NCBI GenBank assembly: GCA_051874735.1
Contig: JBJEGD010000003.1
Location: 1 to 64,000 of the forward strand
Length of the DNA: 64,000 bases
Source of the DNA: Candidatus Bruticola sp.
Lineage (GTDB): Bacteria > Vulcanimicrobiota > Xenobia > Xenobiales > Xenobiaceae
Direction of reading: 5' to 3'
The position numbers and the translations under genes are program-made. This document shows, one piece after another, positions 41,047 to 51,357 of the stretch; position 1 is the stretch's first letter, and each line of letters begins with the position of its first letter. The notes under the pieces were generated by a model. That model had not been told where the DNA came from. It saw nothing but the letters and a program-made list of their open reading frames with translations, and did no database searches.

Positions 41047-42186
41047 TTAACGGCCGCGCTTCTTTCTGCCTTTGACTGATTCATCAGCAAAAATGCGCAG
41101 GTTATCAGGACGGTAAGCATTCACGATAGCGTCGTCGTAGCTAATTAAACCAGCTTCAACTAAACGGCTCAGCGAATACTCCATGGTGCACATGCCAAGT
41201 TCTCCGTTCATCTCTATAGTAGAGTAAACTTGATGCAGTTTATTATCGCGTATCAAAGCTGACAAAGCAGGAGCGCTAAGCAGAATTTCTCGAGCTGCAA
41301 CTCGCCCACCACGATCGACTCTAGAAATTAACTTCTGAGAAATTACAGCTTTTAGACAGCTAGCTAACTGTGTGCGCGCCTGCGGCTGACGTTCGGCAGG
41401 AATAGCTCCCAAAATACGCTCCAGCGTGCCAGTTGCATCGGGACTATGCAAACTAGCCAACACCAAATGGCCCGTCTCAGCTATAGTTAAAGCCATTTCA
41501 ATGGAAACGGCATCGCGCAGCTCACCGATCATAATCACATCGGGATCTTGGCGCAAACTGCTAATACAGGCGATATCGAACGAGTTAGTATGACGTCCAA
41601 CTTCACGCTGGCTGACCATACCGCGATGAGGATGCAAAATAAACTCTATAGGAGCCTCCAACGTTAAAACGTGGGCAGCTCTATTACGCAACACCGTATC
41701 CAGCAGAACGGCTAAAGTAGTAGATTTACCTACTCCAGTAGCACCAGTAACTAATACTAAACCTGAAGTAGGTAGCAGCTTATCTTTCAACTTTTCATCG
41801 AGACAGATGTCATCAAAGCTAGGAATTTGAGGAGGGATAAGGCGCAGAGCAGCCGCAGGCCCTAAACGATCGAAATAAGCATTAAGACGAAAACGCCCGA
41901 TGTCGGCAACATCGACAGCTGTATCCAACTCTAAGTTCAGCTCCCACTCCTTGCGCCGCTTGTCATCTAAAAAAGATGCAATCGTATCGCGCACTTCTAA
42001 AGCGCTCAACGGAGCGAACCCAGGCATAGCCGCTAATTCTCCGTTGAGACGAATCATAGGAGCCATACTAGATTTCAGATGTATATCAGAAGCTTGCATA
42101 CCGGCAGCACAGCGCAGCATAGCATCTGTATCTATGGCAGAACGGCGACTAGCGCTGCCTATAGGAGAGGCTGAATTTATAGTCAT
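41047..42186 (-). CDS. PilT/PilU-family type IV pilus ATPase
   Basis: ASDIHL, GATGVGKST, QREVG, LRQDPDVIMIGELRD and ETGHLV..LH. Confidence 0.9.
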   Translation of the reverse strand: MTINSASPIGSASRRSAIDTDAMLRCAAGMQASDIHLKSSMAPMIRLNGELAAMPGFAPLSALEVRDTIASFLDDKRRKEWELNLELDTAVDVADIGRFRLNAYFDRLGPAAALRLIPPQIPSFDDICLDEKLKDKLLPTSGLVLVTGATGVGKSTTLAVLLDTVLRNRAAHVLTLEAPIEFILHPHRGMVSQREVGRHTNSFDIACISSLRQDPDVIMIGELRDAVSIEMALTIAETGHLVLASLHSPDATGTLERILGAIPAERQPQARTQLASCLKAVISQKLISRVDRGGRVAAREILLSAPALSALIRDNKLHQVYSTIEMNGELGMCTMEYSLSRLVEAGLISYDDAIVNAYRPDNLRIFADESVKGRKKRGR

Positions 42187-42373
42187 ATCAGTACCCTTTC
42201 TTTGACATTGCCGCCAGCTGAAGCCAGATTACCTGACTGCTGCAGCTAGAAATTTAAGTTCACTCAAACGACTGCCGACCGCTGAACAGCCTTTTTCGGC
42301 GCCGACATCCGTATTTTAAATCGTACACTGAACTGAACAATTTAAAAAACTGTGGACATATGAACAAATTATG

Positions 42374-43750
42374 CTATTTGCACGCTTCTTGATAAAGCTT
42401 AGCATAAGACTTAGCCGATCGGTCCCAACTAAAATCAATATTCATAGCTCTAATCTGAGTGCGATACCAAAGTTCAGGTTTGTAGAGATAATGTTCTAAA
42501 GCACGGCCAAAAGCCGTCAGCATATCATCGACAGTATAATTACGGAACAGGTAACCAGTTCCGTCTCCGTAAGAGTTGTCTTTTATTGTATCAGCTAATC
42601 CGCCAGTCTCTCTAGCAATAGGCAAGGTACCGTACCGCATAGCAATCATTTGACTTAAACCGCAAGGTTCAAATAAACTGGGCATTAAGAACATATCGCA
42701 ACCGGCGTATATGCGTCTGGCTCTGGCGGGATCGAAGCCTATATAACAAGCGACGCGTTCGGGATGCCTTTGAGCAGCCTGAACGACTCCTTGGGAAAGA
42801 TCGGGATCACCACTCCCTAAAATAATAACTCGCAAATCGGAGTAATAAACGATATCATCGATGGCTCGTAAAACTAAATCGACGCCCTTTTGGAAATCTA
42901 GGCGAGAGACTAAACCGACTAAAGGCTCTTTAAGGCCGCACAGCCCGTACTCGCGCAGCAATTCCGCCTTGCAGCGTTCTTTGCCATAAAATTCACCAGC
43001 GGTGTAATTAGCGTACAATTTAGGATCGGTGACTGGATTATAACTCTCAAGATCTATACCGTTGACAATGCCAACTAAATCGCTGCCTTTCAAACGCAAC
43101 AGCCCATCTAACCCAAAGCCGTACTCTTCGGTGCAGATTTCTTTGGCATAATTCGGACTGACAGTCGTTACTTTGTCAGCACACCAAATAGCTTGCTCCA
43201 TTAGGTTCATAGGACTGTGGCCATCATAAACTCCCAGCAGTGGCCATCCATCAGGTCTTTGATTGCCCTGATGAGCCATATTATGGATAGTAAAGACTAA
43301 AGCGGGATGCTGAGGAGCAGCCCAGGCGATACGCAGAGCGGCTGCAGTATGCCAATCGTTGGCGTGGATGACGTCCGGGTACCAACCTTCTAAACGACAA
43401 GCCTCCAAGGCTGCCCGGCAGAACAGCACGAACTGCTCAACTTCATCGCCACATCCATAAACTTGAAAGCGCGATCCGAAGAAGTAGTGATTTTCAATAA
43501 AACGATCGCCATTTTGGGGATTACACCAAAGTTGGCACTCTTCGCGGCGCCAGTCCATCTTGACTTCAAAGTTATCTAAATTTTTGCGGAGGCCCAGCTT
43601 TTCGGGATCTAGCAGGCCGTAGCGCGGCATCATTAAGCGGACGTCGTGTCCCAAACGACGCAAAGCCCCCGGCAAGGCTCCCGCCACATCGCCTAATCCG
43701 CCAACTTTTACGTAAGGAACAGCCTCGGCGGCCAAAAACAGAACTCTCAC
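42374..43750 (-). CDS. glgA: Glycogen synthase
   Basis: KVGGLGDV, HANDWH, TVSPNYA, SRL..QKG and PSLFEPCGL motifs. Confidence 0.95.
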   Translation of the reverse strand: MRVLFLAAEAVPYVKVGGLGDVAGALPGALRRLGHDVRLMMPRYGLLDPEKLGLRKNLDNFEVKMDWRREECQLWCNPQNGDRFIENHYFFGSRFQVYGCGDEVEQFVLFCRAALEACRLEGWYPDVIHANDWHTAAALRIAWAAPQHPALVFTIHNMAHQGNQRPDGWPLLGVYDGHSPMNLMEQAIWCADKVTTVSPNYAKEICTEEYGFGLDGLLRLKGSDLVGIVNGIDLESYNPVTDPKLYANYTAGEFYGKERCKAELLREYGLCGLKEPLVGLVSRLDFQKGVDLVLRAIDDIVYYSDLRVIILGSGDPDLSQGVVQAAQRHPERVACYIGFDPARARRIYAGCDMFLMPSLFEPCGLSQMIAMRYGTLPIARETGGLADTIKDNSYGDGTGYLFRNYTVDDMLTAFGRALEHYLYKPELWYRTQIRAMNIDFSWDRSAKSYAKLYQEACK

Positions 43751-43906
43751 TTTTAACCTCGTAATAGTCTGAAAGACACTCTGGAAATTTATTAGATGGC
43801 AGTTGTTTTTTGCACTGCCACTCTTTGTCCTGCCGCTCTAATGTTTTACCCTATTCGACAGTAATCCACAATCGGAAACAAGCCAGCCAGCTGGATCAGG
43901 AGGAGC

Positions 43907-46084
43907 CTATCTCATTAAACTTTCTGCTGCAGCGCACAGCAAAGCGGACTGTTCCGCATCAGCTGGGACAAAATGTTTAAATTGACACAACCTATCTAGC
44001 AAATGGATATGCTCAGCCACTTTCAAAACTTCAAGTTCAAGCATCTCTCCATCTAAATATGAACTCCAAGGTCCCAAATCGAGCTTTGAGATCAGCGTTT
44101 TTATGTTTTGTCGAATCGCTATTTTTAAAGACGCCGCGCTTAAAGCCAACTGTTCTAATCCGTCTATATCTCTGCAGACTAATACGTAAGGATTTGCCTT
44201 AAACAAAATATCTCCTAAAGTTAGTGAGATTGCCTGCAAAAAGATCGCCCCGCTGGTGCCCATAAAATGAGAACAAATAATACAGTTATCTCCATTAGAA
44301 GTATAACACGAAGAATCAGAGGGAAAATGTAAAAAGGCTGCAAAATGGCGGGCCCACTGGGCAGATACTGCAGGCATACTTCGGCCACTGAAGCGACAGC
44401 GGCGTAACCTTTCCGTATTGACCGCCATATCTTTACACACAGACGCAGTACTGTCGGTTACACTCAAAACTCTGTAGCTAGAACCACTAAAGTTAAAAAA
44501 GTCTCCAGGGCTGAGTCGACAATTAGCAGATAGTACACCTATAACCACATTACTGTCTCTATCAATGACTTTTAGACCATCATCAGCCGAGCCTACCATA
44601 GAAATATTGTGGTGTATTTCCCCTCTTTCAAAAAGTTTTTTAAGTTTATCTGAACGATAATAGCCTCCCTGAGTTCTGTATTTCAACAATCCTCCCTCAG
44701 CGACGCTACGTAAAATTCTGTTGCAAACTTCCTCAGTATAAATGGAACGTAAATACGAGGGCAGACGATGGTGCAAAGCGGCGGCGTTAATCACATCGTT
44801 GGAGCTCTGGCAGACTAAAGATATAGCCTGCTGTACCAAAACTGAACTCAAAAAAGGCGGGTGATCGCTGCACATATTAGCTTTTTCGGCCGCTTTGACT
44901 AGATGGAAATAGCAAAGCTTCTCTAATTCATTCTTATACAAACAAAGAATATGCGGTACTTGACCACGACGACCGCTGCGTCCCGCTCTCTGTAAAAAGG
45001 CATTGACATTAGACGGAGGCACAGTTAAAGCCACTGCATCGACGTCGCCTATATCAATACCAACTTCTAATGTTGAAGTAGCAAAACATATGGCCGACGG
45101 CAAAGCGGCAAAATTTTTCTCTGTTTTTTCTCTCTGCTCCGTCCCCAAACTTCCATGATGAGAAAAAACAGCCTCACCGAAAGGATTTATGGTTAAATAT
45201 TTCTTCACAGACACTAACTGTTCAGCTTCGGCACGAGATCGCACAAATACCAGCATTTTGCGACAATTATGCTCGCTGCAGTATTTAATGCAGCTGCGAA
45301 ATATAGCTAAACTGTCTAGATGTTCTTTCGTAATGCAGGCTGAAGCCTCGCCATCATCAACAGGACTGAAGTTAACTTCCAGCTCTACTCCCTGTTTGTT
45401 TTCAATGATCAATCCTTGACCAGCTAAATATTTACGGTTAATTATCTCTGAATTTCCGGGAGTAGCCGTTACTGCCAAACGCTGCAAACTCTTTCCTATA
45501 TAACCTAGAGTGCCCTCAATTTGCTTGGCCTTGGCACAATGGACTAAAGCATCGAGACGTTCTGCCAAAACAGCCAGCTGATCTCCACGAGCTGTCCCTT
45601 CAGCGACATGCAATTCCTCAAAAACTACCGTTTTTACTTGGATTAACTCGACAGCCCAACGACAAAGCAGCGAATCTAAAGACTCCAAAGTAGTAACTAA
45701 AACCCCAGCTTTTTTATCTCGCATAGGAGTGGGGTGATCACCCGTGCGCAGCAACACTTTTATAGAGCAGCGATCGAGAGGAGCAGAAATACGCTTAACT
45801 AGATCGTTAGCCAAAGCACGAGTAGGACAAATTATGAGAACGCATAATTTACCCGCTCGCATAGGCTCGAACCAACGCTCAGTTAGAGGAGCTAAATAAG
45901 CTTCAGTTTTACCTGAAGCCGTGCAGGAAGAAATAACAGCACTTTTGCCCAGCAAAATAGGCTCAATTACCTCAAACTGAATGGGGCGAGGCTTATAAAA
46001 ACGACCGTAAAAGACACCTTTAACACGTCTTAAACACTCCATCCGACGGCGCAGCTTACTTCTGTCCCAAGTATCAAGAACCAT
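43907..46084 (-). CDS. Lhr-like SF2 helicase (BrxHI/SngC-like)
   Basis: Q motif, TASGKTEA, PTRALANDL, TTLESL, variant motif II EELH, TAT, HHGSL, ATSTLEVGIDIG and QRAGRSGRR. Confidence 0.88.
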   Translation of the reverse strand: MVLDTWDRSKLRRRMECLRRVKGVFYGRFYKPRPIQFEVIEPILLGKSAVISSCTASGKTEAYLAPLTERWFEPMRAGKLCVLIICPTRALANDLVKRISAPLDRCSIKVLLRTGDHPTPMRDKKAGVLVTTLESLDSLLCRWAVELIQVKTVVFEELHVAEGTARGDQLAVLAERLDALVHCAKAKQIEGTLGYIGKSLQRLAVTATPGNSEIINRKYLAGQGLIIENKQGVELEVNFSPVDDGEASACITKEHLDSLAIFRSCIKYCSEHNCRKMLVFVRSRAEAEQLVSVKKYLTINPFGEAVFSHHGSLGTEQREKTEKNFAALPSAICFATSTLEVGIDIGDVDAVALTVPPSNVNAFLQRAGRSGRRGQVPHILCLYKNELEKLCYFHLVKAAEKANMCSDHPPFLSSVLVQQAISLVCQSSNDVINAAALHHRLPSYLRSIYTEEVCNRILRSVAEGGLLKYRTQGGYYRSDKLKKLFERGEIHHNISMVGSADDGLKVIDRDSNVVIGVLSANCRLSPGDFFNFSGSSYRVLSVTDSTASVCKDMAVNTERLRRCRFSGRSMPAVSAQWARHFAAFLHFPSDSSCYTSNGDNCIICSHFMGTSGAIFLQAISLTLGDILFKANPYVLVCRDIDGLEQLALSAASLKIAIRQNIKTLISKLDLGPWSSYLDGEMLELEVLKVAEHIHLLDRLCQFKHFVPADAEQSALLCAAAESLMR

Positions 46085-46114
46085 GATACAATTATTCCTA
46101 AATCATTAATTCCG

Positions 46115-47350
46115 CTAAAGCATATCACTGAGCGCAGCCTCATCAAGATCAGTCTGACCATTGATGTACCAATTATGCAAAACTGCGATCCAAAACTTCA
46201 CAAATAGACGATAACCGCCAGTAAAGATATGATCCATCATAAAATTAACAAAAACTTGCAGCGAAGCCTGTCCTCGTTCGCAATCAAACGAATGCCAATC
46301 CCAGGCAATAACAGCAGCGTCTGCCAGTTTTTGGCCTAATTCAGTAAAAAAACGTCCGTCGTTGTCGGTAGAACGTTCTAAATCGATCACTACCGATTGC
46401 GGACTAAACTTAGACATATGTAAAGGACGCTCCAGACGCTGCTGCAGAGCAGGATAAGACGCAACATTAATAGTCATAAATTCTGGAGGCACAGCGTAAA
46501 AAAACATAACTTTGGGCAGACGTGAACTGGCGCAAAGGTCGATAAGCTGGCGCAAATTATCTCCAATGGCCTGCAAATGGCGACGAGAGGAGCTGGAAAT
46601 ATGCATATCAACTTCATCGAAAAGAAAAATAACTCCAGGGAACCCTAAAGAATTTAAAATACTAACCATAGAACGCAATACGGGGAAAGCATTATCCGAA
46701 GCTATATCATCGAATACTCCAAATTTACGCAGAACTTCGCGATCGCAGCCTGCATCCCCCAACAGCCAACGCTCTAAAACAAAACTTTCATCTTCGTCAT
46801 TTGACTGACAAGCTGAAAGAAACCGTCTACATACGCGACGAAAAGTATAATTTTCTACCGGAACGTCGTCTAAATTTACATCAGCCCAAAACGGCGCCTG
46901 ATCTTCGGCTACTAAACGCAAAATATTAGTAAATCCAACCACGTCGGAGGCCGGTTCCAGCGTTTTATCACTGTGAGGGCTGCTGTGCATAACAATATTA
47001 GCAGCAGCAGCTTTATAAACGCGCAGCGCATCCTCATAGGGGCACTCAGTTGGGGACAAATTTACTGAACAAGTTAAAAAGCCGAGCCGCTGAGCGATAG
47101 AACGCACACAACTTAAAAAGTGAGTTTTGCCGGCTCCGTAGCTACCCTGCACCAAACGGAAGGCAGAACCTCCAGCCTGTCCCAGCAGACGACGTAAGTA
47201 CTCGTTTTCAATAATATCTAAATGAGAATTCAGACCAACTGTTACAAACTCTAAACCATGTTCAGGCGGCTGACCGTTTTCTCCCATACAGTCAATAATT
47301 TCCTGGGCTAAACTTTTAGAAAGAGTTTTCCGACTGCTGGGAAAAAACAT
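46115..47350 (-). CDS. BrxD/DUF2791-like P-loop ATPase (third)
   Basis: GSYGAGKTH, FLFDEVD and YPALQQRL; close paralogue of 49082-50359. Confidence 0.82.
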   Translation of the reverse strand: MFFPSSRKTLSKSLAQEIIDCMGENGQPPEHGLEFVTVGLNSHLDIIENEYLRRLLGQAGGSAFRLVQGSYGAGKTHFLSCVRSIAQRLGFLTCSVNLSPTECPYEDALRVYKAAAANIVMHSSPHSDKTLEPASDVVGFTNILRLVAEDQAPFWADVNLDDVPVENYTFRRVCRRFLSACQSNDEDESFVLERWLLGDAGCDREVLRKFGVFDDIASDNAFPVLRSMVSILNSLGFPGVIFLFDEVDMHISSSSRRHLQAIGDNLRQLIDLCASSRLPKVMFFYAVPPEFMTINVASYPALQQRLERPLHMSKFSPQSVVIDLERSTDNDGRFFTELGQKLADAAVIAWDWHSFDCERGQASLQVFVNFMMDHIFTGGYRLFVKFWIAVLHNWYINGQTDLDEAALSDML

Positions 47351-47388
47351 ACTGCATACTCCTTCTCATAAAAAAATAAAAGAATATT

Positions 47389-49095
47389 TTAGAAGTTGTA
47401 ATCTTCGTCATCGACATCCTCTTCTGAAGAGAAGTTGTCTTCTGCAACTAAGTACTCTTCAGAACTTGTTCCTGCCACAGAACTACTCGCGATACCACTC
47501 CGTTCCCCACCAGCCTCAATATGTTCCATCATTTCATGAACATAGGCACCAATATTTTCTCTGCACAATCGGGAATAATCTAACAATTCTAAAATACAGC
47601 GCAGTAGCTGGCGAGAGCCACTAATAGCCGAACGCTCCATCGCTTTATAAACAACCTGCCCCATATATCCGGCCGCTTTGTCATCACACAAGAAACTCGG
47701 ATAAGCCCGCCTGTACATATCAATAATAATAGAACAAAGCTGCTGGTAATCGTTGTTGCTAAGAGAACTAAGCTCAATAAAGGCGTCTTCACTAAGTTGC
47801 TCTTTTAGGGCATTAAGACCACCGCCATTATCCATAGTCATGGCAAACACGCAGTAGACGCCGCTTTTATAAATATCTCGCCCAGGATTATAAGTTACCG
47901 GCACGCTTCTGTGGTTAGGGTGACCGCCGCGCTGAAACTTCTGCACACTGCGTACCTTGTGCGTTCCTAAAGCTAAAGCAGAATAGTATCCGAATAACTG
48001 ATCCGCATAAGTGCGATCACGACTCGAGAGAATGTTGTACATTTCAGCTTCATCGAGGAGAAGAACTAAACCAGTATAGCCAACCTGTCTAGCTAAATAA
48101 GCAATTCCGCTGAGGATATTAGCATAAATATGGCCAAAAGTTCGATAATCTTTTAAAGCTGGAAACTTGTATACCGAAGGCGTATTCGGAAAGGCCCGCT
48201 GTAAAGAAGCGTTAAACTTATCTGTCAGTTCTTTTGATTCCTGACCTTCAAGCCAATCGATCATGTGACGAATTACCGCTTCTTGGTTATCCAATTCGGA
48301 CTGTTTTTCTTCAGTGCTTCCACAAGACTCTAAGTTATCTGCATAACGATTAAAGTAATAAAGAGCCGGACTCAAATAACGATGAAACTTTTCTGAACTC
48401 AACCAACCTTCAATAAGACCTAAACGGCGGGCTTCACGAAAAAGAGGCAGCAAACCGTACTTGCCGTCATGATCTGGGTAGGTCAAATTAAACATAAGCG
48501 CTCGGTAAACGCGCTGCGGATTGCCAGGACTGGCGTCCTTACTATTCAAAGCTATGCGGGCTGTTAAACACTTTTTACTTAAAGCTTTAGCTTCAATGCA
48601 CTCAAGCATATGAGTTTTGCCTGCGCCGTAATCTCCCAAAAAAACACGCACTGCGCCGTCGCTGATATTATCGAGGTCATAACAGACCATATCCATTTCT
48701 AAGCTACGTCCGATAGTGTAAAGTTCAACACGCTCACCCACTACACCGGTCCGCATGGCTTCTAAAATACGCAAAGCCACAAATTGGCCTTCTTCACCCT
48801 CGGGAAGAGCGGCAGCTCCTGTCAGCTCAGGACTATCTGAGAATTGGCAACTGTAACGGGAAAAACGCCGACGAGGAGAGGCCACGGGCAAAACTACACC
48901 GTGAGGAGATAAATACTTGAGTTCTTTAAAGGAGCAGCACTGGTTGGTATTGCTGATAAAAAAATTAATAAAGTAACTGCCGCCTTCTAAAATACGAAGT
49001 ACTCTGCCGGTGCCGTAACGTTCGTGGGAAACATTATCACCAACAGCCAGAACTCTGGCAGTCTTTTTTTCAGGAGCGCTCTTAGAAGTCTGCAA
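47389..49095 (-). CDS. BrxD/DUF2791-like P-loop ATPase (second) with N-terminal Tudor-like motif and acidic tail
   Basis: ILEAMRTGVV, GDYGAGKTH and GLVLLLDEAE; N-terminal VGDNVSHERYGTGRV. Confidence 0.82.
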   Translation of the reverse strand: MQTSKSAPEKKTARVLAVGDNVSHERYGTGRVLRILEGGSYFINFFISNTNQCCSFKELKYLSPHGVVLPVASPRRRFSRYSCQFSDSPELTGAAALPEGEEGQFVALRILEAMRTGVVGERVELYTIGRSLEMDMVCYDLDNISDGAVRVFLGDYGAGKTHMLECIEAKALSKKCLTARIALNSKDASPGNPQRVYRALMFNLTYPDHDGKYGLLPLFREARRLGLIEGWLSSEKFHRYLSPALYYFNRYADNLESCGSTEEKQSELDNQEAVIRHMIDWLEGQESKELTDKFNASLQRAFPNTPSVYKFPALKDYRTFGHIYANILSGIAYLARQVGYTGLVLLLDEAEMYNILSSRDRTYADQLFGYYSALALGTHKVRSVQKFQRGGHPNHRSVPVTYNPGRDIYKSGVYCVFAMTMDNGGGLNALKEQLSEDAFIELSSLSNNDYQQLCSIIIDMYRRAYPSFLCDDKAAGYMGQVVYKAMERSAISGSRQLLRCILELLDYSRLCRENIGAYVHEMMEHIEAGGERSGIASSSVAGTSSEEYLVAEDNFSSEEDVDDEDYNF

Positions 49096-50359
49096 AATCT
49101 TCGCTCTCCATTACTTCGCTATTGTCTTGCTGCCTGCCTACAGACTCAACATCAGTTGTACCTTCACCGCAACTGTACTCTGATTGCAAGACAGCAATCC
49201 ACTGTTTTACAAAATTACGGCGCTGACCAGCGTCAAAGTTCATAGCCAAATAGTTGCTAACTAACAGCTCTAAATTGCTCTTCTGCGTATCAATACTGTA
49301 CTGCCAATTCCAAGCAACAGAAGCTGTATGCAAGATTTTTTCTCCCAAGGCTGTAAAAAATTCTTCAGGCGTTAAACCTGAATCAGTTACATCGATAGTC
49401 GGAACCTGAGGACTAGAAGCAGAGAAAGGCATAGGACTATTTAGACGCTGCTGAAGAGCGGGATATTCAGAAACTACATCGCTGATAAACTCCGGAGGTA
49501 CAGCAAAAGCCCAAAAGAACCCAGGCAAACGCCTGCTGCCGCACATATCGACAATTTGACGCATGTTATCAACGACATCTTTTTTCTCACGCTTGGTTCC
49601 CGAAGCGATACGATCGACCTCATCGAACAAGGCCGCTATACCAGAGTAGCCGATCAACACCGCAGCTTGAACTAAACTGGACAGCATGGAAGAAGCATTT
49701 TGACGACATATGTACTCAGGTATCGTAATACTACCTAATTTCAGCTTTTTAACTGGGTGGCCTAAAATCCACATTTCGCAAGCTTCCGCTGTATTTTCAT
49801 CGTCTTCCCACAAACTTTTGACAAAATAGAGAAAAACTAACCGATAATTATTATTTTCAAAACGGCTCAGCTTGACCTTATTGAACCACAAACGACGCTC
49901 ATCCGGATCGGTTACGTTCATGGCCCAATTACGGATAACAGCATTGAAGCCCATAATTTGGCAAAAGTCTTCACTATGACTAGGAGCGGCGGCAACCCGA
50001 TCAGCCAGTACTCGATAGACGGCCGCTCCATCTCCGAAGCTACATTCTTTCAGTGATAATTCAACTACTGAAGCTAAAAAACCGCGTCTCCAAGCTAAAT
50101 TGCGCAAACAGGTCAAAAAATGAGTTTTGCCACTACCAAAAGAACCGCGTATAAGTTTGAAAGCTGAGCCGCGCCGTCCCTGCTGCATAACCTTCAAGTA
50201 GTGCTCGTCAAGTACTTGCAGAGGTTTATCTAGCCCAACAGTCACAAATTCTATACCGCGTTCCGGAGGGAGCCCTAAAGCCCCCATACGATCTATAATT
50301 TCAGATGCTAAAAACTCTGAAGGGCAAGCTCCAGCTTCAGACTTACACACACTAGACAA
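49082..50359 (-). CDS. BrxD/DUF2791-like P-loop ATPase (first)
   Basis: GSFGSGKTH, ALFDEVD and YPALQQRL; TTG start with AAGGAG RBS. Confidence 0.82.
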   Translation of the reverse strand: MSSVCKSEAGACPSEFLASEIIDRMGALGLPPERGIEFVTVGLDKPLQVLDEHYLKVMQQGRRGSAFKLIRGSFGSGKTHFLTCLRNLAWRRGFLASVVELSLKECSFGDGAAVYRVLADRVAAAPSHSEDFCQIMGFNAVIRNWAMNVTDPDERRLWFNKVKLSRFENNNYRLVFLYFVKSLWEDDENTAEACEMWILGHPVKKLKLGSITIPEYICRQNASSMLSSLVQAAVLIGYSGIAALFDEVDRIASGTKREKKDVVDNMRQIVDMCGSRRLPGFFWAFAVPPEFISDVVSEYPALQQRLNSPMPFSASSPQVPTIDVTDSGLTPEEFFTALGEKILHTASVAWNWQYSIDTQKSNLELLVSNYLAMNFDAGQRRNFVKQWIAVLQSEYSCGEGTTDVESVGRQQDNSEVMESEDFADF

Positions 50360-50364
50360 AGCGA

Positions 50365-51357
50365 TTACTCCTTATTTTGGAACCACAGCGAAAGATAATA
50401 TTGTCCGTTGCCAACTCCATCATCGAGCCAAAATACCTTTTCTTTGTTCTTAGTTGTCCCAATGGTGGCTGTACTTAAATTCAAGCGCAATTTTCCGCAC
50501 TGTAGTCCTGCGCAGCGGCGCAAACGCACTATATCCCAGCAAAATTGCAATCGAGAATACTCTTTAAAAAGACTGGGAGCGCCATTTTCTCTAAACTTGC
50601 GGCTCTGCCTAAGCACAGACAGCACAGCCCAAATATCATGCAACGGTACTCTATCGCCCAAAGATTTGCGCCGACAGCGCAACATAGTATTGTAAGCAGT
50701 CCAAACATCGGCAAAAAACTCTCTGCAGAACAGCTCGTTACCTTCTAAACTATCCGGCTTCACCCCATCAGCTAAATCGTCTTTATATCCGTTTCTATTG
50801 AGAAGCTCAATAAGCTCGTTGAGTGACTCAAAAAGATAATTAGCCTCTAACGGCCAGTCGTTAGCAGCCAACATACGAGCGTAAGCCACACAACAAGTTC
50901 CCTCTGCAAAATTAGGACGCAAATAAAACGAGCCGACTTTTAACTCTAAAGGTTCTGAACCAGTGCAGCGTACTTTCCATCCGAACTCAGCCGCAGCGTT
51001 CTTAAAATCTCTTCTAAAGCTATTTTCTGTTTCTTTTAAAGCCCAAGCACGCAAAGAAGCAACGCGCTCATTCAAGGAGGCAGAAACAAAAAACGGCCGT
51101 TCCTTATCTATTTCAGTGAGCGAATTATGCAATCGAACTAATGAAGAAAGACTCGAATCTTTTAAACAGCAGCTTAAAACCTCAACAAGATGCTTAAATT
51201 TATCGGCGCAAGCGCTCAACTCAGTCTGTATATCCGCAGTTATTTTTCCAGCTTCTTCCCACGACGAGGGCTCACCAAAATAATCATCACATGTTGAACC
51301 GTTTAGTACGTTCTTATTTGCCCATGAATCAGCGGCCATCCATGCCCCCATTGACAT
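50365..51357 (-). CDS. Hypothetical protein, paralogue of 51329-52153
   Basis: 330-aa ORF sharing blocks G.F.L..N, LAA..WP.EA and Y.x.QF..D with the upstream gene. Confidence 0.8.
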   Translation of the reverse strand: MSMGAWMAADSWANKNVLNGSTCDDYFGEPSSWEEAGKITADIQTELSACADKFKHLVEVLSCCLKDSSLSSLVRLHNSLTEIDKERPFFVSASLNERVASLRAWALKETENSFRRDFKNAAAEFGWKVRCTGSEPLELKVGSFYLRPNFAEGTCCVAYARMLAANDWPLEANYLFESLNELIELLNRNGYKDDLADGVKPDSLEGNELFCREFFADVWTAYNTMLRCRRKSLGDRVPLHDIWAVLSVLRQSRKFRENGAPSLFKEYSRLQFCWDIVRLRRCAGLQCGKLRLNLSTATIGTTKNKEKVFWLDDGVGNGQYYLSLWFQNKE

